DNA of 64,000 nucleotides. Origin: Malacoraja senta. Lineage: Eukaryota. The translations under genes and the position numbers were made by a program. The notes under the pieces were generated by a model. The model searched no databases. It had not been told where the DNA came from and was given only the letters and a program-made list of their open reading frames with translations. The stretch's first letter is position 1; each line of letters starts with the position of its first letter. This document shows positions 13,575 through 25,254 of the stretch, one piece after another. The DNA is taken from contig CM076001.1 in NCBI GenBank assembly GCA_038087875.1, positions 1,242,001-1,306,000 on the forward strand, given 5' to 3'.

Positions 13575-14504
13575 TTGTTTGACTTTCATTAGCAAATGAA
13601 ATGTTGATAAACAGCAATAAAAGTTTCCAAAGGTGATTGAAAGACTGGAGGAAAGACTAGGTACTGAGAGCTCTCTTGTACCGGCATTAAGGAGGCATTT
13701 AAACACACCTGAGCAATTACAAACACCTGTGAAGCCATGTGTCCCAAACATTATGGTGCCCTGAAATGGGGGTCTATGTATAAACACAGCTGTAAATTCT
13801 ACATGGTGAAACCAAAATGTATAAAAATACCCTTTAATAAATCTGACAATGTGCACTATAACCACATGTGATTTTTTTCTATTACAAATCTCAAATTGTG
13901 GAGTACAGAGGCAAATAAATAAATGATGGGTCTTTGTCCCAAATATTATGGAGGGCACTGTATTGTGAAACATGACAACATTAAACACATAAAAGTAGCC
14001 CACAGGAGCATACATGAAAATTACCTATATACAAAAAACATAATGGCATGTCTGATATAAAGGCTTTTTAAGGGCATTATTAAGAACTTTTAGTAAAAAT
14101 TATTTTTAAAATATTCAGTTTTGTTATCAGCTGATGAAGCGATTATATAAAAAAGCTACATGGATGACACTGAACATTTAAATCTTTGCCTCAGTAATCT
14201 AATGCCAAATGACACAATGAAAATGCCAAATACACATTTTCTCATTACGATTTCTATCTTTTAATTGTACTCAGAGTCTAATTTAAACATATGTTTAAGT
14301 TTTGAAACTATTTATTTCCTTTAGCCAAGTAATTTTTTTTCCTAATTTCTCATATTTTAAATGAAATGTCCAGCTATCTGATTATCTATCCGGTTCTATG
14401 AAAGAAATCGTTATTTCTTTCATTAGCCAGTCCTATTAAATCTACTTTGGAATTGTCATTCAAAGGACTTTGTCTAATTTATTAGATTGTCAAAGAAAGT
14501 AAAA

Positions 14505-15130
14505 GTTGGCCAGATCAACAACAATGATGAGACGGAGCGCAGGAAAGAGATCAGGATCCTTACGTCATAACATCAGAATAACAGTCTTGCCCTTCACGTC
14601 AATAAGACAAAATATTTGGTTGCTGTCCTAAGGAAGTTGGGAGGAGTGGGGCGGAGGGAAGGGGTGGCTGGTGAACACAACTCTGTAGATGGTCAAGTAC
14701 TTCCAAGTTGCTTGGCATCCATATCACCAGCAACTAATCCAGGTCCCTTCACATTGGAAGCAGATCAGCTAATTTACTTCAAAATGGGACACAAAGTGCT
14801 GGAGTAGCTCAGCAGGACAAGGATGGGTGAGAACATGGATGGGTGATGATATGGGTCGACCCTACCTCTGTCACCTATCCACGTTCTTCAGAGATACTGG
14901 CTGCCCCGCTGAGTTACTGTGGCACTCTGTGCCTTATTTTGTAAACCAGCACCTGCAGTTCCTTATTTCGCCAGCTAATTTACTTCCTCAGGCATGTCCA
15001 CAAGCATTCTCTCATGCTTCCAGATGCCTACTATATAAAATATTTTGACCTGTGCCTCTCTGCCTGATATCCAACCGCTCTGCTCTTGACGGCTTGAACC
15101 TGCAAAGAGTGGTAAACACAGACCATCAAA
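14505..15130 (+). mobile_element. Degenerate Rex1/Babar-like LINE RT fragment
   Basis: 14505-14635 translates to a decayed version of the VGxIxNNDETxYRxE...NNLxLNVxKTKELVxDFRK RT C-terminal motif. It is interrupted by a Penelope-like repeat, and a probable 3' tail lies at ~15590-15745. Confidence 0.55.
14785..14965. mobile_element. Palindromic Penelope-like (pLTR-derived) short repeat, degenerate
   Basis: GACACAAAGTGCTGGAGTAGCTCAGC on the left and an inverted arm GCTGAGTTACTGTGGCACTCTGTG...CAGCACCTGCAGTTCC on the right. Same family as 19525, 36582 and 62812. Confidence 0.55.
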
Positions 15131-15145
15131 GTTTTTTCACTTCAG

Positions 15146-15569
15146 TCCCATGTGGTCTCTGCGTCAAATACTAAATTAATGCGTGCAAAATAGCACTTCT
15201 GCTTCCAACTTACATAACATCTGACTTGCGCAAGGGTCTGGGAGATATATTCTTGCGTAAGTCGGGGAACACCTGTATACTGCAAACTCGCAGTTACATA
15301 AGCAATACCCTAAGCTCGCTGCCTTATTTCCTAGTTGCCCGTCTCAAGCAGTACGCCACTGCCATCGCATGCAGCCGTTTCCACAAGCCGGTTAGTTGTT
15401 CTCGAGGATGCTCTCCAGCGGTCTCCGCGCCAGGGGCCCACGTGGTCTCGGCTTTGAATAATAAATTAATGTGTGCGCAATAGCACTTACATTTCCAATT
15501 TATGTTATAACATCTGACTTACACAAGGGTCCTGGGCACATAACCCATCCATAAGTTGGGGAACGTCTG
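15146..15569. mobile_element. Two tandem Tigger/pogo-like MITE segments
   Basis: A ~130-bp segment occurs twice (15146-15275 and ~15437-15569). Each copy ends in TAAGT(C/T)GGGGAAC(A/G)(C/T)CTG followed by TA, which resembles a TcMar-Tigger terminus. Confidence 0.55.
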
Positions 15570-15809
15570 TATACTTTGTCAGCTTCATGTGAACAAGAAA
15601 TTTCATTGTATTTTCCTTTTTTAATTGTAACGCTGCATGGTAAATTACATTTCATTACACCTTATGGTGCATGTGACAAATAAATTTGAACTTGAAATTT
15701 GAACTTGAACTGGTATCCTGGTGCTTATGACAATTAACCAAACTGAAATGTAACCCTCGAAATAAGTTTAAGTGTTCCAGTTTGAATGGTGTGGGGGTTT
15801 GGAAGATTT

Positions 15810-16340
15810 TCTTCCTAATTTGAGGAAGGGCATTCTTGTTATTGAGGGAGTGCAGCGTAGGTTCACGAGGTTAGTTCCCGGGATGGCGGGACTGTCATAT
15901 GATGAAAGAATGGAGCATCTAGACTTGTATTCACTGGAATTTAGAAGGATGAGAGGGTATCTTATAGAAACATAAAATTATTAAGGGATTGGACACTCTA
16001 GATGCAGGAAACATGTTCCTGATGTTGGGGGAGTCCAGAACCAGGGGCCACAATTTAAGAATAAGAGTTAGGCCATTTAGAACTGAGATGATGAAAAACT
16101 TTTTCACACAGAGAGTTGTGAATTTGTGGAATTCTCTGCCACAGAAGGCAGTGGAGGCCGATTCACTGGATGCATTTAAAAGAGAGTTAGATAGAGTTCT
16201 TAGAGCTAGCGGAATCAAGGGATATGGGGAGAAGGCAGGAACGGGGTACTCATTGTGGATGATCAGCCATGATCACATTGAATGGCAGTGCTGGCTCGAA
16301 GGGCCAAATGGCCAGCTCCTGTACCTATTGCCTATGTATC
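15810..16340 (+). mobile_element. CR1 LINE 3' fragment
   Basis: ORFs 15772 and 15989 give IEGVQRRFTRL and TRGH...FFTQRVVNLWNSLP. The CR1 3' UTR contains GGCTCGAAGGGCC. Confidence 0.93.
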
Positions 16341-16596
16341 TACAGTGTATGTACCTGTTCTGCTTTAACTTCCACTTGGAATGTCAGATTACTTTACTCG
16401 GTCCGAAATTAGGACGCTTAATAGATGCTTATGGATGCTCTATTCATCAATCTCATTCTTAACGCTAATTACAATAATGTTAATTAACTTTAATATAATT
16501 CATGCATACCATTTATATTTGAAAGGAAAAGAAGAGGTTTTTAACTTAATATTTTTGCTATGGATCTTCAATTTTGGGTTCTTTCCCTTGCACTTA

Positions 16597-17207
16597 AGGG
16601 CCTGCCCCACTTAAGCAATTTTTTAGGCGACTGCAGTCGACTAGGCTGTCACCACATGGTCGCCGGGGTGTCGCCTGTATGATCATGAGTAGTCTCCTCA
16701 GTCGCCCAAAGAGTCGTAGCTTTTTCCTGGTTGCCGCTGGATTTTGAAATGTTCAACATTTTCCGGCGACAGTGGGCTTGATGCCAATGAGCGTAGCTTG
16801 ACTTCTCCTGACATTGGTGCTGTCGTAGGTTGTCGCCAGGATGACGTTGAATGTCGCCAGGTGACGTAGTTTGTCGCCGGTGCTGACTGGTGAATTCCAT
16901 TGGAGACGACCTACGTCAACCGGCGACAGGTACCGGCGACTGAATTGTCTTCAGTTGTCCCCGACAACGTTGTAGCTTGTCGTAGCTTGTCGCGGGTGGA
17001 CGTAGGTTGTCGTAGGTGCGGTCGTAGGTGCACGTCCTAATGGGTCGCCGGTTGTCGGTAGCTTGCCGTAGCTTGACGTCGACTAGGTGGTAGGTTGTTG
17101 TAGCTTGTCGTAGACATTGTCGTAGGGGGGTTCCAGTCGCCGGTTTTTCAGCGACCTGCTACGACTATGACAGTCGCCGAAAAAATCACCTAAGTGGGAC
17201 TGGCCCT
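16597..17207. mobile_element. PIF/Harbinger-type MITE
   Basis: TIR AGGGCCTGCCCCACTTA ... TAAGTGGGACTGGCCCT, with a TTA TSD on both sides (16594-16596, 17208-17210). The interior has many TGTCG/CGAC short motifs. Confidence 0.88.
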
Positions 17208-19524
17208 TTATTCTTATCATTGACACTTTCTTGGATCAATGATAGCACACTTAGCTCGGTGAGCCAAAACATAATGGATTCAAACTCTGCTGCAGAGATT
17301 TGAACATATAATTGGTATTTCATTTAATCGAGGCTAAAGTAGAACTTGTATGTTGAAAACAACTTCCCGATCCTGAGTCATTTAAACAGAAGTTTGACAT
17401 TTCATTTCATTGAGATGGTGTTGCACTGATTTTTTTTCTGATTGCAGATGATTCGGGTTAGGGCTTCTGATAAACTAAGACCATTTTGCCCTACTTAGGT
17501 GCACTATGGCACTAACTTGATTAGCTCCTGGTCAAATGAATCCTTCAATAATCAATGGCAGATTAGCAGAGAGGTAGAGATACATGACAACTCAGACAAA
17601 GACACACATGGAGAGTCATGAATCATAAAATTTAGATGGATGCTACAGAAGAAGTCGATCATGGTACAGCAATGTGTCTGGTTAATGAAATTGGAGGATT
17701 GAGAACTAAATGGAGGAAGGACTGAGAAGGATGGTGAATTGGAATGAGTGAATTAAGTTAAAAATTAGCTACAAGCGAAACCAGTTAATGTTTCAACTTG
17801 AAGACCTATTGTCAGAAACTTGCTATCTCTGTTTCATTTTCCATGCACACTGCCTGTGCTGCCGAGTGTTTTCAGCATTTTCTGTTTACCAAATGCTAGT
17901 TTATTTGTACTTAATAGCAGTGTCCAGCGAGAAGATGAAGTATTTACCCAGCAAAATCTGGATCCCTGGCCCTAACTGCTAACCTGGTTAAGAATGAAAA
18001 ATATTGATTGAAGGAAACCAATGTCATGCATAACATGAGGTCCATATTTGAAAACTACCAAGTGGGACCTTGAATCAGGAATATTAATATGTATTAATAG
18101 GGAAATTGTCTAAATAATGAACTGTGTAGTCTTGATAATCTAGGATGGATGAAAGCATATGTATAGTATTTTGTGTTTATATTTTTGGGGAAATTGTGGT
18201 TGTTCAAGGTATTACCCAAAGTGTAGATCTGTAAAAGGAATATTATCCTTCAGTCTCTTTTATATTCAGTTATTTGCTGAACATTTCCAGAATTCACGTT
18301 AAACGATTGAATCAGGCAACTCAGAACAAGTTTAGGTATTGCCATAAAAAGAAAGAAACATTTGATATTTGTCAGTGCCATCTTCCATGCCATCGCAAAG
18401 CAATCACAGCCAATGAAATTGTTTACATGTGCAGTTGCTGTGGTGGTGCAGCAATTAGTACATAACTATTTGTGGAATCTGAACCCAGAACTTCTTAATT
18501 CAGGGACAAGAGTATGACCAATGACTGGGAAACTAAAACCTGTTGACGTACTTGTGCACGAGTATCGTATTCTAGGTAAGATTTTAGGTTTGTTAAAGAT
18601 TCAAAATAAACAGATTTCTTTGGCTCTTGAATTATTTCTGACAGTGTTTAGAGATTTTTGCTAAGAAAATGAACCTCGGGCCTTTTTTAGTGCACTAAAT
18701 GAATGCTGTCTGATGTAACAACTATATCATAGTCACAATTGAGACATCCCTGCTTTTACAAATCATTATTAAGCTTTGCTACTCTTTACATGTATTAAAA
18801 GATAACCTACATGTTTCACAGATGGCAGGTGCATGTTAGACAACCAGCTACCTGTCCTTCTTGCATTGATGCAGGAAAAGTGATTTGGTGTAAGCAGATC
18901 CAGGACTGCCAACTCTCACGCATTGAGCGTGAGAGTCACGCATTTCACAAAATTTTCACGCTCTCAAGCTGATCACAAATTTCTCACGCTCAAAAATCTG
19001 CAAGTGCTGGAAGTTGAAAATAAAGCAAAAAATATTTTAGAGGTGAGTAAAAACCATGAGGGGAATATATAAGGTGAATGCATAGTCTTTTTCCCAGGAT
19101 ATGTGATTCAAGAACTGGAGGGCATTGGTTTAAAGGAGGGCTGTCAAACTACCGGCGATAATTATGGGGGGAAAAAAGTAGTTTAGTTTCTCCAGTGCAG
19201 ATGGTGTGATAGGTGAGACACGGAGGTGGTCCCAGCACCGCTCACACCTCCCACCCTCACCTCCAGCGGCTCTGTGTCCGGTGGCCGCTCTGTCCACACC
19301 CCATGGAGTTTTAACCCGGAGCCAGGAGCTGACCGGGTGAGTGGGGGCATAGGTGACGCCTCCGGAGCCACGGGGATGAATCTTGGGCTAAGGCTCCGCT
19401 CCGATGCCCGACCCCCGGGTCACTGACCCTCACCTCCCCCGGACCCCAGCTGGACACAGAGAAAAGACTTAGTTGAGGTGAATAATATTATGAGAAAAGG
19501 ACCTGTTTCGCATAACAAAGAGTG

Positions 19525-19655
19525 TAGGAAGGAACTGCAGATGCTGGTTTAAACTGAAGATAGACACACAAAGCTAGAAAAAATCAGCAGGACAGGCAGC
19601 ATCTCTGGAGAGAAAGAATGGGTGATGTTTCGGGTCGAGACCTTCAGACTGAAGA
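19525..19655. mobile_element. Penelope-like repeat fragment with degenerate hammerhead core
   Basis: GGAACTGCAGATGCTGG...GGCAGCATCTCTGGAG...GTTTCGGGTCGAGACCTTCAG. The minus strand reads CTGAAG-GTCTCGACCC-GAAAC-ATC. Confidence 0.6.
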
Positions 19656-19784
19656 GATTGAAAACCAGCCATAAAACACAACGACTGGAGATGTGTGTTA
19701 TCCAACTAAGGGCAGAAATCAGAATCGTGTTCATCTTTATTGACGTAACACCATAATAAATATATTACAGAAAAAATAATTTAA

Positions 19785-19990
19785 TGGGGTGGCACGGTCG
19801 CGCAGCGGTAGAGTTGCTGCCTTACTACCACATGAGTTTTGTCAGGATATTCCGGTTTCTCCCATATCCGAAAGAAGTGCAGGTTTGTAGGTTAATTGGC
19901 TTCTGTAAATTGTCCCTGGCGTGTAGGATGGAACTGGTGTATGATAGATTGTTGGTCGGTGTGGACGGTGGGCTGAAGGGCCTGTTTCCA
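19785..19990 (+). mobile_element. V-SINE (HE1-like) fragment
   Basis: tRNA-like head GGCACGGTCGCGCAGCGGTAGAG, V-domain-like TCCGGTTTCTCCCA, and tail GGGCTGAAGGGCCTGTTTCC. Confidence 0.75.
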
Positions 19991-21067
19991 TATATATGTT
20001 TTACATATATATCTTAATTTCATTGAACCATATACGATTGAATATGTGGCATTATTTTTGCCTTGTTTCTATAGTCAAAGGGTAAGGTTGATTGATTTAT
20101 TTGTGCAGAACAGTGATGGAAGTCTGACTTGCCTTGTTTCTCTGTTTTTTTTCTCTATATATATGCATAACAGCATGAATTATAATCTGATTTCCATACA
20201 TGAATAGAGTCATTCATGTGCTGCACCTGTTGATCGGAGCCTGGCTCTACTGTGGAATGTAATTAGGAATGTAATTTAGCCTAACCTTATTCACACCTAA
20301 TCCAATTTAAAGCATAAATGTTGCATTCAAGTGTTAGTTAAAAGGCTCGCTACAGTATGCATCAGATTGCACAATTTCAAGCTGAAAAATGCAAAAACTC
20401 CCTACCGTGGGAGGGGGGACACCCCTCTCACGCACCCTCCCCCCCCCCCTCGGTCGCTACGCTCCCTTGCAATTTCTCACTCTCAACTCTCACCCAATGT
20501 TGGCAGCCCTGCAGATCTCACCATATTGCTGACGTAGAGAGAACTGGTGAGAGATTAGAGAGAGAGATTCCTTTATTTGTCATTCAGACCTTTCGGTCTG
20601 AACGAAATTTCGTTGCCTGCAGTCATACATATAATAATAAATGATGGAAATGGGGCTATTGGGCCTCCAGGGGAAAGAGTACCCTTGATTACGAAGAAGG
20701 TGTGACGATACCACGTGATACAGGGTGGCCCAAAGTCTCCATGATCAGAGAAGTTAATTGAAGCCTTGATATTTACAGAAGCATGATTTATTTTAAAATA
20801 AAATTTCATGAAATATCAGTTGCATTTGCATAAATGTCCCCTAGATGTTTGTATACATTAATTTAGATTTTATATTAGATATATTTTAATATATGTTTTC
20901 AAAAGTATATGGACTGAAATAAAAATTGTTCCACGAGGAAAATAAGGTGGATCAGAATTAACTGGTACTTCTTTCAAAAAAGATATGCTGAGTGACCTTG
21001 GCACATTTTCAGAGCAATTCGATTTTATCCTTATTGATAAACCAACATACTTGTAATAATTTTGGTG

Positions 21068-21240
21068 GAGCGCAAGGACTGGGACTCCTGTGAATTTCAG
21101 GTGTATGGGAATCAGGATCCCTGTTAATCTTGAGAAGCGCAGGACTGGAGCTCATGGTGAATCTCAAGGAAAAGTGGGAACTGAGACCGTTGTGTGTGTC
21201 ATGGGTGCATGGGGATCTGGAACCCGGTGAGTCTTGGTAG
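21068..21240. repeat. Old degenerate ~33-bp minisatellite
   Basis: About five loosely similar units of the form G..CGCAGGACTGG.AC.C..GTGAAT.TC. Confidence 0.4.
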
Positions 21241-21495
21241 CAAAGCCTTGGTAAGTATCAAGACTACGCAAGTTCCTGCAGTCCAGTGATTCACAGGTCA
21301 GTGCAGGATACAGTAATTGGTGAGTACAGTAGTGAGTGCCAAATAATTAGAGTGGATTATTGAGTTTTACTGTAAATAGCAAAAATGTATTTTGCACTTT
21401 TGATTCCACAGAAGTGAATACACCAACAATAGTGTAATACCAACTGGAAATATGTCCAAGTACATTTATTAATTTATTTCGGGACTTTACTGTTG

Positions 21496-21604
21496 GGATA
21501 CTGAGTTGGATGATCAGCCATGATCATATTGAATGGCGGTGCAGGCTCGAAGGGCCGAATGGCCTACTCCTGCACCTAATTTCTATGTTTCTATGTTTCT
21601 ATGT
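21496..21604 (+). mobile_element. Very short CR1 3' end
   Basis: GATGATCAGCCATGATCATATTGAATGGCGGTGCAGGCTCGAAGGGCCGAATGGCC followed by (TTTCTATG)3. It is essentially the reverse complement of 11019-11125. Confidence 0.92.
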
Positions 21605-23949
21605 TGTATAACGTGACTACAATGCCATGTATCACTGAAAGGTTGGTCAATAGGTTTGATAGATTGAAGGATTACCCGTCTATCAAAATTAACTAACAAA
21701 TTTCCAGTTTGGGTATAGGAAGGGTGTGACATCTGTGCGGATATGGCATAAAAAGTAAACGCCTGGATTTTTGTTGCCAATTTATTTGAGCTTTCAGGAC
21801 ACCTTTAACGAACCGCTGTATAAAAACAATTTTAGTCAAATTGTTTACAATGAAATCATTGGCCACACAAATAGAAGATTATCCAAATTGGCAACTGCCA
21901 GGAAATTTGTAGCAAATCTATTTTTCCAATTTGTTGCAGATATGTGAAAGATGAAAAGACTAAAAATTAGCACCAGAGTCATAAAAGTTTCAACAACACA
22001 GCAAAAGAAAATTAACAGTCATGAAATAAATGCTTATTCAACACCACACCAGGAAATATTCTAATAAGGACGTAAAAATACATGCATATGGTAGGGTGAC
22101 TTTAATAATTTAATTTTTTATCAGAATTTGAACTAAGGAGGGCATATACCAGGAATTCCTAACTTTTCCACATTAATGGGACTGGGTATCAGATGGTTGA
22201 GCTCTGATGCTATGCACTGGGCATGATAAAGCATGAAATTCACCCAACAGGTTCATTTGAAGCTGTTAGCCATAAACATGATTGCATTATTATCGATTAC
22301 AATGCCATCAGTAATGACTTGGTAGAAGAATAACATTGACTAAAATTGACAAAAGCTGGATATTTCCACCCATTTCATAGATCTAGTTGTACCATTTACT
22401 GATCTATTCAGAAATGCCGCCGGAGCCTATAATGGGGTTAATCTACTGCATAATTCTGTTGAGACAGCTGTGTGTATTTTTAAATAGAACATGTGTGGTC
22501 AGATGAATCATGCTTTAATTAGCTTTAATGAATTCAATTGTTTGCAATAATCTTGTCATGGTAGAATATTGTCATATTTGATATATGGAGCTCTTCTTAA
22601 TTTTTAAATGGAACTTTACTATAGCCAATCATGCAAAGCAAATAATACAGTATAAAAATTAAACCCTTGTTCAATTTCTGCTTGACCTTTTATTTGCCTT
22701 TCACTGGGAAAACAAGGACACTGATGAGTCAGTAAAGCCAGCAGTGCTGTTCTGAGAATCACTAGCTGTTAATGTAGGCAGTGGTGGTAGACAGTCTGCC
22801 TCCAGTTTGTAATTTCAAATCAGTGCGGTGGACTAATGTGCCAGGATAGTCCGCTTTGTGGGGAGTAGAAAGAGAGGTAAGATGACATGTCAGTCTGTTA
22901 ACTAACAATTAAATGTGGCACCTCAAGCAGATCAATTTGAGTTAAGGATTTTCATGTACAGCATCATGGAGTTGTGCATTCACCACTGAAACAAAATTGA
23001 CAGTAAATATTGTATGGGTCTGTCTGCTTTCTCCTTGTCTCTTTTGCCAAGATACTCTGAAGAAATGAAACACCATAATAAAACAATACTTGAAATATCA
23101 ACATTGCAGACTACTTAGAGACAGCCTAGTGGTTTATAATTGCATATCTGAAATGCAGCAGTTCAGCTCCTTCTTCTGTAACTTGACTACATGTCTCTGT
23201 GGTAATTAATGGAGGATACAAACTAAAATTATTATAAGTTCAAGTAACCATATAAAAAAAAGAGACCACAAATTATTACTCTCCTATATTTAGGGATACA
23301 TTTTATTTATGATTTACAGCTGTTTCCTCACAGACTGCTTGCTAATTTTACTTATAATATTCTTGCTAAAGCACAAAATCTTGGCTGAAATGCAAAAAAT
23401 AAGAAGAGGGATGTCCAGGGCAACAGTTACATTAACCAATTTGTCCTTTTAATTCATCTAATTACCTGGGCAAAAGATAAAGACCATTTATAGACTGCAT
23501 GTAGATGCTTTTCTAGTGATGATGCCAGGGCCAATGATTTGAGGGTTTTATTCTACAATTCAGTACTTTTGTGAAGAGAAAAGGTTAAAGCCATTTTCAG
23601 CAGATAGCAAGATGAAACATTTTCATTAAGCACACTGTGCACTTGTTTAAATTATATTTCACAAAGAAGATGGCATTAATGGAGAAAGATAGAGCTGCTT
23701 TCATGAAAGTTGCTACTTGGAAGATGTTTGCAATAATAGCTGATTTCCAGCTATTAGTTGGCAACGTGTTGTATAACAGTTAAAAAGCAATTTGGCTAAA
23801 ATTTGATCATTTATATTTCAAGTATTGCCGCATTTGTTATTTATTTCTAACCTTTAAAGTACAAAGAAAATAAGAATAATGACAGTGTAAACATTATTCA
23901 GCTTATAAATCCCAAAGGCACATGCTTGTGTTAAATTACTACCAATATT

Positions 23950-24993
23950 TAGCAATGTTACAAAATTTTGAGATTTTAAAAATCAAGTCTGTAATTTATC
24001 CCATCAGATAAAGCATAAAAAGACGTTTAATTTGACACCTAATTCACTTTCATATCTTCAGTATTAAAAAAGTGATGGCCATTTTCATACTCGGAAATTA
24101 GCATCTTGTTCCCTATTGCTTTTCGATTGACTTAACACAAAAGCTGTGATCGAGGACAGTCAAAAGCCCATAACTTTCTTAAAAATTAAGAGAACTGAAA
24201 GTAATTTTAAGTTATTATAGATTGAAGCATTCTGAAACAAATATGAAACAATCTTACTTAGATGACATGAAATTAAAGCATATAATTAGTTAGTTACCTA
24301 ATTGTAGCTAATTACAAAATTCAATTACTAGATCTAAACATCTATCAATTTCTTAAGAATAGATTAACATTTTAAAATAGCCTAAGTGTCCAAATAACAT
24401 TCACACAAGAATTCACAATATAACATAATTTTTAAATCTCATTGTCATGGATTTATAGGCCAAATGGAAGGAATTTAATGTTTAATACCTGTAAATTAAT
24501 GGCCATTTAAATCATCTTGCGAGTGGGTTTTTCTGGAACGCGATCATTTGGAACGTTGATTTGCGGTGAATTTAACCCCGTATCGGCATGAAAAATACTG
24601 CCGTTAGTTCGGGGAGAAGAATCACCGTTTCGCATTTTAAAATGTGAATTAAAGGCCTCTTAAGAAGCACTTTTATACATAAAATAAACTGCTTTTGTTT
24701 ACCTGTCCCGTGCGTGAAATCCGTCCTCGTTGTCGGCGTTGACGGCTTTCAAAGCTGATTTTAAAATAACTCCAGCTCTGAACTTGTCGGGCGAATAAAA
24801 ATTAAAAATACACGAAACGCCCGTCGGAACGATTCTTCAGCAAAAGTTTGCACTCCAACGAAATATAATTCAGGACAAGATAGGAGAAACCCGCGTTTTA
24901 ACCCCGCCCCCCCCCCTCAAAAGCGCCAAAATTGCGCACACGGCCAGTGGCAGAATTGCAACGCCGCTGAAGGTAAGTATTGTAACATATCTA
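23950..24993. mobile_element. Non-autonomous TIR transposon, TAG...CTA termini, 7-bp TSD (copy 1)
   Basis: Starts TAGCAATGTTACAAAA and ends ATTGTAACATATCTA. CAATATT flanks both sides (23943-23949, 24994-25000). Full-length homolog at 27283-28324. Confidence 0.88.
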
Positions 24994-25254
24994 CAATATT
25001 ATGGGAATGATTGACAATCATTGAATACAGCCTAGATGTTCCAATTGTAATGGTGAGCCAGTGACAAAAAGTATTAATTTAGTGAGATTATTTTAGAATA
25101 GGTAATGAATAGATGATTGATCATGTTACATAATTCACAAATAAATTCCTATGTTTGGGAGCCTACACAAGTACAATGGTTCTCATCTGACATGCAACTC
25201 TCAGTCCATTCCTTCTCAGCCCCTCGTCTATTCCTTCCTGCCACCAGCTTAGTC

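Larger units (their letters stand above)
9807..13960 (-). mobile_element. Tc1/mariner transposon (IR/DR type), interrupted by a CR1 LINE
   Basis: ~225-bp TIRs (9807-~10035 and ~13735-13960), right end GGAGGGCACTG, TA flanks at 9805-9806 and 13961-13962. An inner direct repeat (CATAATGTTTGG) resembles the outer end. Transposase ORF lies inside. Confidence 0.95.
18901..20511. mobile_element. Non-autonomous hAT-like TIR element with 6-bp TSD and internal repeat cargo
   Basis: 13-bp TIR CAGGACTGCCAAC / GTTGGCAGCCCTG (1 mismatch), with CAGATC on both flanks (18895-18900, 20512-20517). Subterminal (C)TCACGC repeats. Contains CR1, Penelope-like and SINE fragments. Confidence 0.8.

Noticed and set aside
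16900..17170. Short TGTCGTAG(C/G)T repeats that might suggest a CRISPR-like array
   Set aside because: There is no fixed repeat-spacer periodicity, they lie inside a Harbinger MITE, and the context is eukaryotic.
20555..20640. Double hairpin TTCAGACC-TTTC-GGTCTGAA plus AACGAAATTTCGTT, resembling a terminator
   Set aside because: It follows TTTATTTGTCA and matches the layout of antisense LINE 3'-tail stem-loops elsewhere in the window (e.g. 40015-40055).
20642..20690. Collagen-like peptide DGNGAIGPPGERVP
   Set aside because: There are only about three Gly-X-Y triplets, followed by loss of periodicity and a stop, with no convincing splice sites. A TBLASTN hit to a collagen would reopen it.
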